Notes: generated by a model not told the origin, from the sequence alone. Shown: positions 43,325 to 53,669, counted from the first letter of the whole stretch. The stretch is DNA of 63,824 nucleotides, filler included, from Ferroacidibacillus organovorans (GCF_001642725.1; 3 parts of 3 records of this genome joined end to end with filler, not necessarily neighbours in it), one strand, 5' to 3'. Numbers and translations: made by a program.

Positions 43325-45050
43325 AGAACACTTAAAGCCGGTCGTTGCGTTAGTCGATCAACTGGTTCAGGCCGGGGTGCGGCATCTCTGCGTCTCTCCA
43401 GGCTCGCGCTCGACTCCGCTCACGATCGCCGGGGCGCGGCAGGCCGGGTTAGAGATTTACACCATTCTTGACGAGCGTTCTGCCGGTTTTTTTGCATATG
43501 GTCTCGCCAAGCGCAGTGGCGAGCCTGTGGCGCTCGTTTGCACATCAGGAACAGCCGTCGCCAATTACCTCCCTGCGGTCATTGAAGCCTACTTTTCACG
43601 CGTACCACTGCTGATCATCACGGCGGATCGACCTGCTGAACTGCGCGAACAGGGGAGCAATCAGACCATTCGGCAAACGCACCTTTTTTCCGCTCACGTA
43701 AAGTGGATGTACGAACTGCCGACAGCGGAAGATTCGCCCATACTTATCAGGCACGCGCGCGTCGCGGCGACGCGTGCGGTCGCCGTAGCGATGGCGAGTC
43801 CAGCTGGACCTGTTCACCTGAACTACCCGTTGCGCGAGCCTCTGTTACCGCCGCGCGATGTGGATACAAAGCGTGTGCCGCTCTCTTTTTACACGGGTGT
43901 ACTGCATCCGGCGCCGCGCGCCATCGAGCGCGTTTTGGGACAGATCGCGCTGGCAGGGCGAATTCTGATCGTGAGTGGCCCTCAACCGACAACGGATGCG
44001 CTTGCCGTTGAGAAACTCGCGGTGAAACTGGGGGCAGTCATTCTCGCGGATCCACTCTCGGGACATCGCACGAGCGGCAATCCAGAGGTTCCTGTACTCG
44101 CGCACGCGGATGTGTGGCTGCGCGCGGACGATGCGTCGCGTGACGAGATCAAACCGGATGTGATTCTTCGTTTCGGGAGAGCGGTCACCTCAAAAACGGT
44201 AGGGCAGGCGCTTTTATCCTGGCAGGAGAAGCCGCAGATCCTGGTCGATGAGAATATGCTCTGGAGCGACCCGCAAGAGGGTGCGACGGATGTGATTCAA
44301 GCGAATCCGGCAAGCTTTTGTGAAGCGTTGAACTCCGCCATAGGTGACACGGCAGAAGTGCGTGATGCGCGTCTTGCCTATGCTGATCAACTGATTCGTC
44401 TTGATCGTGCCTGTCAAGAACGCATGCGCGAGCGTATGGAACAGCTCGAACCGTTCTTTGAAGGGCAGATCTTTCCTGAACTGGCGCGCCTCTTGCCAGA
44501 TGACACTAATCTCTATATTGGAAACAGCATGCCGATTCGCGACATGGATAGCTTTTTCCCTATTACAGCGACGCGGTTGCGCGTCTTTGCGAACCGCGGC
44601 GCGAGTGGCATCGATGGGGTTGTCTCAAGCGCAATTGGAGCTGCCGCTTATTTGCGAGAGAAAACGGTACTCGTCATTGGCGACCTCTCCTTTTTCCACG
44701 ATCAAAACGGGTTACTCGCAGCCAGCCTCTATCACATACCGCTGGTCATCGTGCTTGTACAGAATGACGGCGGAGGCATCTTTTCAATGCTTTCTCAGGC
44801 TACGCAGCAGGATGTTTTTCCCTACTTTGAAACGCCGCATGGGCGAGACTTTCAACACACCGCGGCGCTCTACGGTGCGCACTACACGCGCGCCCGTGAT
44901 TGGGATGATTTTCGATTGGCACTGCGCGATGGGTTGACGCGAAATGACTTGACGTTGATTCAAATTGATACGGATCGAGCAGAGAATGCGCGACTGCATC
45001 ATAAGGTGCTCGCACCACCTGAGCGTGAGCGCGAAGAAGGTTCGCTGTGA
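43314..45050 (+). CDS. menD: SEPHCHC synthase
   Basis: SPGSRSTPL, DERSAGF, TSGTA, ANRGASGIDG, GDLSFFHD. Confidence 0.97.
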   Translation: MSREEHLKPVVALVDQLVQAGVRHLCVSPGSRSTPLTIAGARQAGLEIYTILDERSAGFFAYGLAKRSGEPVALVCTSGTAVANYLPAVIEAYFSRVPLLIITADRPAELREQGSNQTIRQTHLFSAHVKWMYELPTAEDSPILIRHARVAATRAVAVAMASPAGPVHLNYPLREPLLPPRDVDTKRVPLSFYTGVLHPAPRAIERVLGQIALAGRILIVSGPQPTTDALAVEKLAVKLGAVILADPLSGHRTSGNPEVPVLAHADVWLRADDASRDEIKPDVILRFGRAVTSKTVGQALLSWQEKPQILVDENMLWSDPQEGATDVIQANPASFCEALNSAIGDTAEVRDARLAYADQLIRLDRACQERMRERMEQLEPFFEGQIFPELARLLPDDTNLYIGNSMPIRDMDSFFPITATRLRVFANRGASGIDGVVSSAIGAAAYLREKTVLVIGDLSFFHDQNGLLAASLYHIPLVIVLVQNDGGGIFSMLSQATQQDVFPYFETPHGRDFQHTAALYGAHYTRARDWDDFRLALRDGLTRNDLTLIQIDTDRAENARLHHKVLAPPEREREEGSL

Positions 45051-45871
45051 ATACGTTTTCCGTGTCACTGCGCGGCGTGATGTATCGAGGGATTGCGGTT
45101 GGGCGAGGCCCGCTTCTGCTCTGGTTGCACGGATGGTTGGGTGCGGCTGAAGAATATCTCCCTTTTATGGAGGCATTAGCAAAGACGCACCGTTCTATCG
45201 CGCTCGACCTGCTGGGGCACGGAAAAACGAAAACGGATCTCCCTCGCGTGCGGTATGCTGTAGAAGAGCAGGTCGCCGATCTTGCCGCATTTCTTCAAAA
45301 AATAAACGAACCGGTTATTCTCATCGGCTATTCTATGGGGGGAAGGCTCGCGCTTCGTGTCGCTCTCGCCATGCCGTCGCTGATTCGGCATCTTATTTTG
45401 GAAAGCGCATCACCGGGAATTGAGCGACAGGAAGATCGCATGGCAAGGTTGCAACTGGATCTGGCACGGGCTGAGCAAATCACGCGCGACTTTCCGGCGT
45501 TTCTTGAGGCGTGGCAACGGATGCCGCTTTTCTCGTCGCAGCGCAACATGGATGAGGCGGAGTATGCAAAACTTTTCGCGCGCAAGCGCGCGCAGTGGCC
45601 GGAGGGTGTCGCGCACAGCATGGCGGGCATGTCGCAAGGTTTTGGAGAACCAGAATGGCCTAAGATACGTGCGTTTCGCTCGCCCGTTTCGCTGTTGAGT
45701 GGGGAGTTTGACACCGGATACGTCGCGTCAGGTGCACATCTTGCAAAGCAGTTTTCTCGGGCAACGCAGTGCGTGATCGCACATGCGGGTCATCATGTGC
45801 ACGCAGAACGTCCTGCGCAATTTTTGACCTTTTTGCGGGATATTTTGCTAAACTGTGAAGAAAGTTCATGA
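45047..45871 (+). CDS. menH: SHCHC synthase
   Basis: LHGW, GYSMGGR, LESASPG, W..MPLF.SQ. Confidence 0.9.
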   Translation: MNTFSVSLRGVMYRGIAVGRGPLLLWLHGWLGAAEEYLPFMEALAKTHRSIALDLLGHGKTKTDLPRVRYAVEEQVADLAAFLQKINEPVILIGYSMGGRLALRVALAMPSLIRHLILESASPGIERQEDRMARLQLDLARAEQITRDFPAFLEAWQRMPLFSSQRNMDEAEYAKLFARKRAQWPEGVAHSMAGMSQGFGEPEWPKIRAFRSPVSLLSGEFDTGYVASGAHLAKQFSRATQCVIAHAGHHVHAERPAQFLTFLRDILLNCEESS

Positions 45872-45930
45872 TTATAACGCTTATCTTTTCTAAGTAGCTA
45901 TGGTATGATGGAAAAAGGAGGCGATACAGG

Positions 45931-46281
45931 ATGGGAGATCAACATCTTTGTCCTCGCTTTGAAGCTGCCTTTGAATTATTGGGGAAACGCTGGACAGGTC
46001 TTATTATTCGCGTGCTTCTCTCCGGACCTAAACGATTCAAGGACATTTCAGAGATGATTCCTCATATGAGTGATCGCATGTTGGCAGAGCGTTTTAAAGA
46101 ACTTGAAGCGTCAGGCATTCTAAAGCGAAATGTGTATCCTGAAACACCGGTGCGCATTGAGTATGAACTTACGCCAAAAGGTCAGGGTTTGCAGTACGTC
46201 ATGGATGAAGTGCAGCGCTGGGGCAACACGTGGTGCGAGGGTACGCTAGTACACGATGAACAGGGAACATTGGCAAAATAG
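45931..46281 (+). CDS. HxlR/DUF24 family regulator, YodB/CatR-like (quinone-sensing type)
   Basis: N-terminal LCPRFE..F.LLGKRW with conserved Cys; PETPVRIEYELT. Confidence 0.9.
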   Translation: MGDQHLCPRFEAAFELLGKRWTGLIIRVLLSGPKRFKDISEMIPHMSDRMLAERFKELEASGILKRNVYPETPVRIEYELTPKGQGLQYVMDEVQRWGNTWCEGTLVHDEQGTLAK

Positions 46282-46301
46282 GAAAAGCGTAGATTCTAGT
46301 C

Positions 46302-47579
46302 TCAGGACGGGAAAATGACGGTAAACGTCGTTCCGCGTCCTTCTTTGCTTTGTACAAACACTTGCCCTTTGTGCGCTTCAATAATCCATTTTGCGATGGC
46401 GAGACCGAGTCCGCTGCCTTGTTCTGCGCGATGGCGGCTTGGATCGGCGCGGACGAAGCGGTCAAAAATGCGTGGAAGCAGGTTTTGGGGGATGCCAATG
46501 CCGTCATCTTGCACGTGCAGTTCACACGATGTCGTATCGCACGAAACGGAGATGACGACACACGCGCCCGCATCTGAATAGCGTAACGCATTGTCAATCA
46601 GAATGAGCATGAGTTGGCGCAGACGCGCCGCGTCGCCGATCACCATACAGGGGTTTTCCGGGGCGTTTAGCGTGATCGACTTTTGCTGCCATTCTGCGAG
46701 GGGGCGCGTGGATTCGACAACGTCTTTGGCAAGATCGCTAAGCGCAACGGGCGATAGGTTAAGGATCTGTTCGTGGCTGTCCGCGCGCGCCAACGTCAGC
46801 AGGTTTTCAAGTAGCGCTGACGTTCGCTCTACTTCTTCATACGCATTTCCTAAGTAGGTCATTTCACTCTCAATCGTATGGTGAGGATGATGGAGGAGTA
46901 CATCGAGGTTGCTGCGAATGATGGCAAAAGGCGTTCGCAACTCGTGAGAAGCGTCTGCGATAAATTGCTGCTGCTGGCGCCATGACGCGAGGAGTGGCGT
47001 CATGCTTCTGGTTGTAAGGATCAACCCACCGATAAGCGTCAGGATTAGAGCGGCCATGCCTGCGATGATAAGCGTAGAGATAAGACTTGAGAGGGTGACT
47101 TGTGTCGGCCCCACAGAGCGATCGACTTGAATCAGATAAGTGCCGTGTTTCAAATTGACGAGCGCATCAAAAATACGATAGGGTTGCCCGTTTATTTGAA
47201 GGGTTGTGGAATAACCAGATGGATGCGTTAACGCATTGTGGTATACGGTTCGAACATCGATAAAAGGTGTTCCATCGATATATGTGGCGGACATTGTCGA
47301 GGATGCGCCTGTAATTTGCCACAGACTGAATGTTGCACCAAAGTCACTTTGATTGTTCACGCTTTGCGCAGAAAGATGGCTGCGATCATAGGACTGAATG
47401 ACCTGGATGGCGGAGCGTCGCAGTTCCGAATCGAGGACGCGGTAGAGCTCGCTTGACATCAGGACGTACACGATCGAGAGTAAAATAAGCCAAATCGCAA
47501 GGAGCGCCCCGACTTGAATTCCGAATAGTTTAAGGCGCACGGCGCGATAAGGATCTCTCCTGTCACTCCAAAACGCCAC
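46302..47579 (-). CDS. Sensor histidine kinase (CiaH-like)
   Basis: 2 TMs; QQQFIADASHELRTP, LIDNALRY, DDGIGI, GSGLGLAI. Confidence 0.93.
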   Translation of the reverse strand: MAFWSDRRDPYRAVRLKLFGIQVGALLAIWLILLSIVYVLMSSELYRVLDSELRRSAIQVIQSYDRSHLSAQSVNNQSDFGATFSLWQITGASSTMSATYIDGTPFIDVRTVYHNALTHPSGYSTTLQINGQPYRIFDALVNLKHGTYLIQVDRSVGPTQVTLSSLISTLIIAGMAALILTLIGGLILTTRSMTPLLASWRQQQQFIADASHELRTPFAIIRSNLDVLLHHPHHTIESEMTYLGNAYEEVERTSALLENLLTLARADSHEQILNLSPVALSDLAKDVVESTRPLAEWQQKSITLNAPENPCMVIGDAARLRQLMLILIDNALRYSDAGACVVISVSCDTTSCELHVQDDGIGIPQNLLPRIFDRFVRADPSRHRAEQGSGLGLAIAKWIIEAHKGQVFVQSKEGRGTTFTVIFPS

Positions 47580-47654
47580 ATGAACGCCGCCTTTACCGTT
47601 TCATTGATACAAAATTGATAAGACATCCATCCACGCGCTCACGACGCGATCGCT

Positions 47655-48371
47655 TTACCGGTCCATCTGCAAGGATGTCCCAGTCCCTGAGTTCTGGCGC
47701 GACCCGCGCAGACTGTATCCTACGCCGCGCACCGTTTGAATCGCCGGTCCCTGAAACAGCGACAATCGCTTGCGCAAGTGGTGCACGTAGGTATCAAGCA
47801 CACCTTCTAGCACATCTGCTTCGTAACCCCACACGTTATCCATCAACTGGCGGCGCGTCAACACTTGGCCGTGATGTTTCATAAGTAATTCGAGAATTTG
47901 CGCTTCTTTTGGAGAAAGTTTTTCAGATTCACCACTTTGTGTCATCAAGGTTCGTTCGATCGGATCAAAGCGAAGATTGTCACACTGCAACCATGCATCC
48001 GTGATAAGCTCTGCCGGCCTGCGGTGGAGTGCGCGAATTCGCGCAATCAATTCCTCTGTCGCAAACGGCTTTACAAGATAGTCGTCAGCGCCCGCGTTCA
48101 GCCCAGCCACACGATCGGGGATGCCGTCGCGCGCAGTCAACATCAGGACAGGTGTGCGTACGGATGCTTTTCTCAACTTGGAGAGAACAGACAAACCATC
48201 CATGCTTGGTAGCATGCGGTCAAGGATAATCGCATCATAGATTTTAGAAGAAGCGAGCAGGTAACCGTCTTCGCCGTCATACGCTACATCGGCAGAGATC
48301 CCCTCTTCAACAAGGAGTCGGACAAGTGCCTCCGACAGCTTTTTTTCATCCTCAACGATCAAGACACGCAT
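47655..48371 (-). CDS. OmpR-family response regulator (CiaR-like)
   Basis: VEDE, LDRMLP, GADDYLVKPF, TVRGVGY. Confidence 0.95.
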   Translation of the reverse strand: MRVLIVEDEKKLSEALVRLLVEEGISADVAYDGEDGYLLASSKIYDAIILDRMLPSMDGLSVLSKLRKASVRTPVLMLTARDGIPDRVAGLNAGADDYLVKPFATEELIARIRALHRRPAELITDAWLQCDNLRFDPIERTLMTQSGESEKLSPKEAQILELLMKHHGQVLTRRQLMDNVWGYEADVLEGVLDTYVHHLRKRLSLFQGPAIQTVRGVGYSLRGSRQNSGTGTSLQMDR

Positions 48372-48432
48372 CGCAAGCCCTCCCTTCTTCAACATAGCAC
48401 AAAAGGGGGGATTCGTCAGCATAAGAGATTTG

Positions 48433-49869
48433 TCAGGGCATCGGTTGAACTTTCATGCGATTCCCTTCCATCTCGCGGGCGAGTGCCGCCAGCGACGTTG
48501 CGCCTGCCTCTTCAACGCTGATGCGTGCGGTTTCGCGCCCCGCAAGCCAGACAGGAATCATGAAAGCGATCAGGATGACTGCGATGGCGATGAAGATGAC
48601 TGAACTGCCAAACTGCGCGAGTGCGAAGGGTAAAAACGCGAGCGTGATGATCCCGCTGACGCTGCGCGCGCTCATTTCACTCAAATAAACCCCCATACCT
48701 CGCAGGTGCGTCGGAAACTGCTCTGCAACCAAGAGTTTAGAGACAGGAAAAACACCGAGCCCAAAGAATGAACTCAAGAAAGCGGCGAGTGCGGTGATCC
48801 ACCAGTTCACAGATGCGGCAAAGAGGACGCATCCCACCGCCGCAAGACTAAAATAGATAGAGAGGATCGCTTTTCGCCCAAAGCGGTCAGAGAGCAAGCC
48901 TTGGATGATCGAGCCAATTCCTGCGATCGCCATCATAATCCCGGTGAGTAACACGGCGGTGCCTGTTCCAAAACCGCGTGTCACGAGCAGCGTCGGGCCA
49001 TAGACGAGCAGGATGTAGAACAGGATAAGCGCTCCGGTCAACTGCCCAGTCGTAATCAGACCGCGCGTGAGAAATGGACGACGCAGCACATGAATCAGCC
49101 GTGTCTCTTCTGCGCGTTCAAGGCTAAGCGCGGCAGCCGCGCGCGGATTGACAAGCGACGTATCGTGCGGGAGTCTTGCTGCATCCTCCAAACGAGTGAC
49201 AAGTGAGTCGACCTCGAGGATCCGCCCCTTTTTAATCAGGTAGCGCGGACTTTCGGGCAACCAGAGGTAGAGCGGTGCCACCAGGAACAGCGGAATTGCG
49301 CCCAGTAAAAAGGGCAGGCGCCACGCCATGGACGACGCGTAGGTGTGAATGGCGTAGGAACCGACAAGGTTTGGCAAAAGATAAGCGGCGGTTAACACGC
49401 CGTTTGCGATTCCAACGCTGACGGCACGCCGCTTGGTGTGAACAAACTCTGCAAGATAGAGATAGGGAAGCGGCAACACCGCTCCTTCGCCGAGCCCTGC
49501 AAGAAAGCGGATGATCAGGAGTTGGCTGAGACTTTGTGCCAAGCTCCCGAGCACGGTGATGACAGAGAAGACGAGAATGCCGACGATCACCACACGCCTT
49601 CTTCCGATGCGGTCGGCGAGCATGCCTGCAGGAATCATGCCGAGTACGACACCAAGCGTTGAGGAGATGCCAAGCCAAGCTTGGTCGGCTACGCTTAGAT
49701 GCCAAGCACTCTTTAGCACAGCCATGACAGGACCGACAATGCCGATGTCAAACGCTTCGGCGAGCCACACGCACGCGAGCAGTATCAAAAGCCGCACGAT
49801 CGGCTTAATGAGCGGAATTCGATCGAGGCGCGCGAGCAGGTTTTCTTGACTAGGAAGCGGTGTTTTCAC
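48433..49869 (-). CDS. MFS transporter (organic acid/NiaP-like)
   Basis: G.LADRIGRR and LSDRFGRK motifs; 12 TMs; start overlaps the acyltransferase stop. Confidence 0.9.
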   Translation of the reverse strand: MKTPLPSQENLLARLDRIPLIKPIVRLLILLACVWLAEAFDIGIVGPVMAVLKSAWHLSVADQAWLGISSTLGVVLGMIPAGMLADRIGRRRVVIVGILVFSVITVLGSLAQSLSQLLIIRFLAGLGEGAVLPLPYLYLAEFVHTKRRAVSVGIANGVLTAAYLLPNLVGSYAIHTYASSMAWRLPFLLGAIPLFLVAPLYLWLPESPRYLIKKGRILEVDSLVTRLEDAARLPHDTSLVNPRAAAALSLERAEETRLIHVLRRPFLTRGLITTGQLTGALILFYILLVYGPTLLVTRGFGTGTAVLLTGIMMAIAGIGSIIQGLLSDRFGRKAILSIYFSLAAVGCVLFAASVNWWITALAAFLSSFFGLGVFPVSKLLVAEQFPTHLRGMGVYLSEMSARSVSGIITLAFLPFALAQFGSSVIFIAIAVILIAFMIPVWLAGRETARISVEEAGATSLAALAREMEGNRMKVQPMP

Positions 49870-51064
49870 GTACGTTCCCCCTTTGCATGGGCAACTTCTT
49901 TTGCGGATACCATGTCGATTTTTGGCCGACAATATAGCTGAGGTAAGGAATTCGTGCGACAATCCGCGCGACGATCATCGCTGAGAAATAGACGATCAGG
50001 ATGGCGACAGGCGTTAACCAAACGCGTTCTGCGGCCGTCGGGTGAAGGCGATAGATCGTGTATTGAACGAGGTGCAAAAAGAACGGGTGAATCAGAAAGA
50101 TGCCGAAGGATGCAGCTGCTGCGGTTTTGATCAGGCGGCTTATTTGCCGGAACCGGGAATCAAGGCGCACGCGCGACCAGGCGATTCCAATCGACCACAG
50201 CGTAACGGTTGCGAGCAAACTGTAAGGGATCATAAGCGGTTGCAAGACGAGCACCGTCTGCGACTCATCTTGATGCTGAATCAAGCGGTCGATCGCGACG
50301 TGAACTCCAATGCCAAACAGGCTGAACAAAACGATCCAAGGTATAAATCGGGCGTACTTCTGCAGTATTGCCTTGATTTTAGGATAGTGAACGGCGACCA
50401 AGGCGCCCGCAATAAACCAGAATTGATACGTGATGATGATACGGTCACGATAGTTTACCAACAGGCCAAGGAGTCCTGGAAGATGCAATCCTGCAGGCAT
50501 CTGCAGATAAAATTTATTAAACCACATCAGACCAATTTCAAGCGCGAAACTTATCCCAAACACAAGACCGTGATACCGCTCTGTGGCCTTGATAAATCGT
50601 AACAGCCACGGGAATATGAGGTAGAGCTGCAGAGAGATCAATAAATAATAGAGGAAAAACTGATTGCCCGTCAGCAGTGCGACACCGTAGTTTTCCAAAA
50701 ACAGTGGCAACGTTAAATGCGGCGTAGGCATATAGGTCTGCGTAAACAACATGTAGAGAAGCGTAAACGCAAAATAGGGAATCGCGATCAATTTCAATCG
50801 TTTTCCGAGAAACGTTTTTGTTTTAAACGGCTTTCCATAATACGTGATAAATAGAACGAGTCCCGTGATAAACATGAAGGCTTCCCTCGTGAAGTGAAGC
50901 GCAGTAAGTGCGACGTCGTTACGTAAATTGACGCCCGTCATTTGGGTTGTAAATAAGTTAAAGAATGAGATCACGTGTACACAGATGACGCCAAGAATGA
51001 TCAGGGCGCGCATAAGGTCAATCTCGTAGAGATGCTCCTTCGCAGTTGACACAGGTACATTCAC
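49850..51064 (-). CDS. Acyltransferase-3 (IcaC/OafA-like) membrane O-acyltransferase
   Basis: EIDLMRA..ILGV..VH, FMFITG.VL, KRLKLIAIPY, SFGIFLIHP. Confidence 0.88.
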   Translation of the reverse strand: MNVPVSTAKEHLYEIDLMRALIILGVICVHVISFFNLFTTQMTGVNLRNDVALTALHFTREAFMFITGLVLFITYYGKPFKTKTFLGKRLKLIAIPYFAFTLLYMLFTQTYMPTPHLTLPLFLENYGVALLTGNQFFLYYLLISLQLYLIFPWLLRFIKATERYHGLVFGISFALEIGLMWFNKFYLQMPAGLHLPGLLGLLVNYRDRIIITYQFWFIAGALVAVHYPKIKAILQKYARFIPWIVLFSLFGIGVHVAIDRLIQHQDESQTVLVLQPLMIPYSLLATVTLWSIGIAWSRVRLDSRFRQISRLIKTAAAASFGIFLIHPFFLHLVQYTIYRLHPTAAERVWLTPVAILIVYFSAMIVARIVARIPYLSYIVGQKSTWYPQKKLPMQRGNVRENTAS

Positions 51065-51082
51065 TTCCTTTCTTCAGACGCC

Positions 51083-51115
51083 ATCGTATCGCGCCAGGTT
51101 TAAAGTTGCCTTAAA
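51083..51115 (-). promoter_or_regulatory. CiaR-type box plus -10 for the acyltransferase-MFS-TCS operon
   Basis: Minus strand TTTAAG-GCAAC-TTTAAA-N10-TACGAT. Confidence 0.7.
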
Positions 51116-51185
51116 ACCGATTGCGATTTTTCCCTCTCCCTTTTAGTACATCCTTTATGGGAAAGGGGAATATTCACTCATCAAT

Positions 51186-51218
51186 TTTAAGATGGATTTA
51201 AGACTTTGGGTGCATTGT
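51186..51218 (+). promoter_or_regulatory. CiaR-type box for the ligase-SGNH operon
   Basis: TTTAAG-ATGGA-TTTAAG-N10-CATTGT (weak -10). Confidence 0.7.
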
Positions 51219-51251
51219 ATGTGTATGACTTGTTTTGGAGGGGGACCATCG

Positions 51252-52823
51252 ATGCATGCCATGCACCGCGTGAGAGAACAACTCAAAGTATCAGGGAAGA
51301 AAGTCATCTATAATCGAAATCGTTGGTATTACACAGATCAACTCCGTTATGATGTGGAGAAAGTCATGGTATCGCTCGATCAATCTGGAATTCACCCAGC
51401 AGATCCAGTGGTACTATCTGCGCCGAATTCCTACGAGTGGATTGTTGCGTATCTAGGCATTCTTATGTATGGGGCTACCGTTGTTCCTGTCAATCCGCAG
51501 GCTACGCGCGTTGAGTTGAATCGCATTCTAGAAGAGTCGGCCGCGCGCGGCGTGATCGAGAGTCGCGGGATGCGAGACGTTCAATTTGAACTGAATACAG
51601 AAACCGCTCCGGCGTACGAAATGGACGGCTTGATGCGCGCGTCCATTTCGTGTGATGAACTCGGTCAATTTCATTTGGAGTGTTTTACACAAGCAAAAAC
51701 CAATGTGCCGAACAGTGTCGTGACGGAGCACCGTCGCGCCGTTTCTCGCGCAGAGGGCGCGTCGAGTCATGGTGTCCTTCTTTTCACCTCAGGAACGACA
51801 GGCCGTCCTAAAGGCGTCTTTCTCCCGGTCGAACTGTTACACGCGACAGCCGATGAAGTCATCGCGTCTCATCATCTGACGAGTGAAGATGTGTGTTACG
51901 GGTTTTTACCGCTTTTTCATATCAATGCGCAAGTGGTTGGGCTGCTTTCTACCCTGTTGTCTGGTGGAACGCTCGTTTTGGAAGAGCGGTTTAGCGCATC
52001 GCGCTTTTGGGAGACTGTCTTTTGCTTCCGCGTGACGTGGATCTCTGCTGTTCCTGCGGTGATTTCGATTCTGCTTCAGACGGAGAGCTGCGGCTCACCG
52101 GCAGACCATGTTCGCTTTATTCGCTCGGCCTCCGCGCCGCTTCCTGAACTGCACGCGCATCGCTTTGAAAACAAGTTTGGCATCCCGATCATTGAATCCT
52201 ACGGAATGACGGAAGCAGCGAGCCAGGTGTGCGTCAATCCGCTGCCGCCTGAACGCCGCAAATACGGATCGGTGGGGATTCCGCGAGCGATCAATCTGCG
52301 CATCACAGGTGAACAGGGTGAGGCGTTACCGCCCAATCAGGTGGGTGAGATTGCGTTGTCAGGTGACCGTTTGATCAAGACATACGCTTCAGGCGATGAA
52401 TCGCGTGACAGTTTTCGCAACGGCTGGTTCATGACAGGAGACCTCGGGTATCAGGACGAGGATGGCTATGTGTTTATCACAGGACGCCGCAAAGAGATGA
52501 TCAACCGCGCAGGACAAAAAATCAGCCCACGCGAAGTGGAGGATGTTCTGAGAAAACACAGCCGTGTGCAAGGTGTTGCCGTGATCGGCCTCCCTGATGA
52601 GATTCACGGTGAACGCGTCGCTGCGTACATCATTCCGGATCAATTTAGCAAACAGGAAGAACTTTTGGCAGAGCTTAAAGCGCTTTGCGAAGAGAATATG
52701 GCGCCTTACAAACAACCTGCGGAGATTAAACTGGTTGACGTGATTCCGGCGGGTCCTACCGGCAAGGTGCAACGCCATCGCCTGCGCGAACAGGAGATTG
52801 CCCGGATGAGTTTAAGCTCATGA
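51252..52823 (+). CDS. AMP-forming acyl-CoA ligase (oxalate/sulfoacetate-CoA ligase-like clade)
   Basis: FTSGTTGRPKG, PLFHINA, RFIRSASAPL, YGMTE..NPLPP..RK.GSVG, GPTGKVQR. Confidence 0.88.
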   Translation: MHAMHRVREQLKVSGKKVIYNRNRWYYTDQLRYDVEKVMVSLDQSGIHPADPVVLSAPNSYEWIVAYLGILMYGATVVPVNPQATRVELNRILEESAARGVIESRGMRDVQFELNTETAPAYEMDGLMRASISCDELGQFHLECFTQAKTNVPNSVVTEHRRAVSRAEGASSHGVLLFTSGTTGRPKGVFLPVELLHATADEVIASHHLTSEDVCYGFLPLFHINAQVVGLLSTLLSGGTLVLEERFSASRFWETVFCFRVTWISAVPAVISILLQTESCGSPADHVRFIRSASAPLPELHAHRFENKFGIPIIESYGMTEAASQVCVNPLPPERRKYGSVGIPRAINLRITGEQGEALPPNQVGEIALSGDRLIKTYASGDESRDSFRNGWFMTGDLGYQDEDGYVFITGRRKEMINRAGQKISPREVEDVLRKHSRVQGVAVIGLPDEIHGERVAAYIIPDQFSKQEELLAELKALCEENMAPYKQPAEIKLVDVIPAGPTGKVQRHRLREQEIARMSLSS

Positions 52824-53575
52824 ATCGCTTGAGGCGCAGACATCAGAGAATCCTCAGAAATCGGGTTATCGCTGGCGTCTTTCTCGCGGTAATTCTACTT
52901 TTTGCCGTAGGGGGGCATCTCACCTACGCTCTGCATCGCAGTGTGAGCAAGCCAAAGGCACTCCCTAAAGGGCCGATTCGAGTCATGGCCATCGGTTCGT
53001 CCGTCGCCAAAGGATGGGACGATAAAACGGGGGGCGGGTATCTGGCGCGAGGGGTTGCTGGTTACGCAAAAGGTGTCCATCACGCGCTTCCGTTTGTCAA
53101 TCACGCTGTAGAGGGTGAAACGGCGGAGGCAGCACTCCCGCTGCTCCCGTCGTGGATCAAGGCGATTCATCCGAACGTCTTGCTGATCTCGTGGGGGATG
53201 CTCGACGACGCGACTGCGAAAACGCCGCTCTCTGTTTTTTCTCGCACCATCCGCCAAGAGATCAGTCTGGCGATTGCGAACCACGAGACAGTCTGGGTCG
53301 TGACACCGCCTGTGACACCCGCCTCTTATACGGTCAATCGCGTATCAGAAGCGCAGTATGTAAGCACAGAATTGGCAGTTGCGCACTCGTATCCGGCGCG
53401 CGAAGTTTCGGTATTTGACGTGTTCAATCAAATGAAAGCGTACATTGCAAGCCATCATCAAAACTATAAAATGTACGCGGCGGACGCGTGGCATCCGAAT
53501 ACGGCAGGACACGTGTTGGCGGGAAGGTTGCTTGCGCACGATCTCTTGAGCGGATCGCCTGCGTTTCCGAACTGA
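52820..53575 (+). CDS. Membrane-anchored SGNH/GDSL hydrolase or acyltransferase
   Basis: Basic N-terminus plus TM; GSSVA block I, DAWHPN block V; ATGA overlap with the ligase. Confidence 0.85.
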   Translation: MNRLRRRHQRILRNRVIAGVFLAVILLFAVGGHLTYALHRSVSKPKALPKGPIRVMAIGSSVAKGWDDKTGGGYLARGVAGYAKGVHHALPFVNHAVEGETAEAALPLLPSWIKAIHPNVLLISWGMLDDATAKTPLSVFSRTIRQEISLAIANHETVWVVTPPVTPASYTVNRVSEAQYVSTELAVAHSYPAREVSVFDVFNQMKAYIASHHQNYKMYAADAWHPNTAGHVLAGRLLAHDLLSGSPAFPN

Positions 53576-53597
53576 GAGAAGTTGTAACACGAAGAGA

Positions 53598-53642
53598 AGC
53601 GGGTAAACGTGAGATTCTCCCTCAGGTTTACCCGCTCTTTTT
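53598..53642. terminator. Intrinsic terminator, probably bidirectional
   Basis: AGCGGGTAAAC / GTTTACCCGCT stem followed by a T-tract. Confidence 0.75.
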
Positions 53643-53669
53643 ATCATTATAAGGGTATCCGTTGATCGA

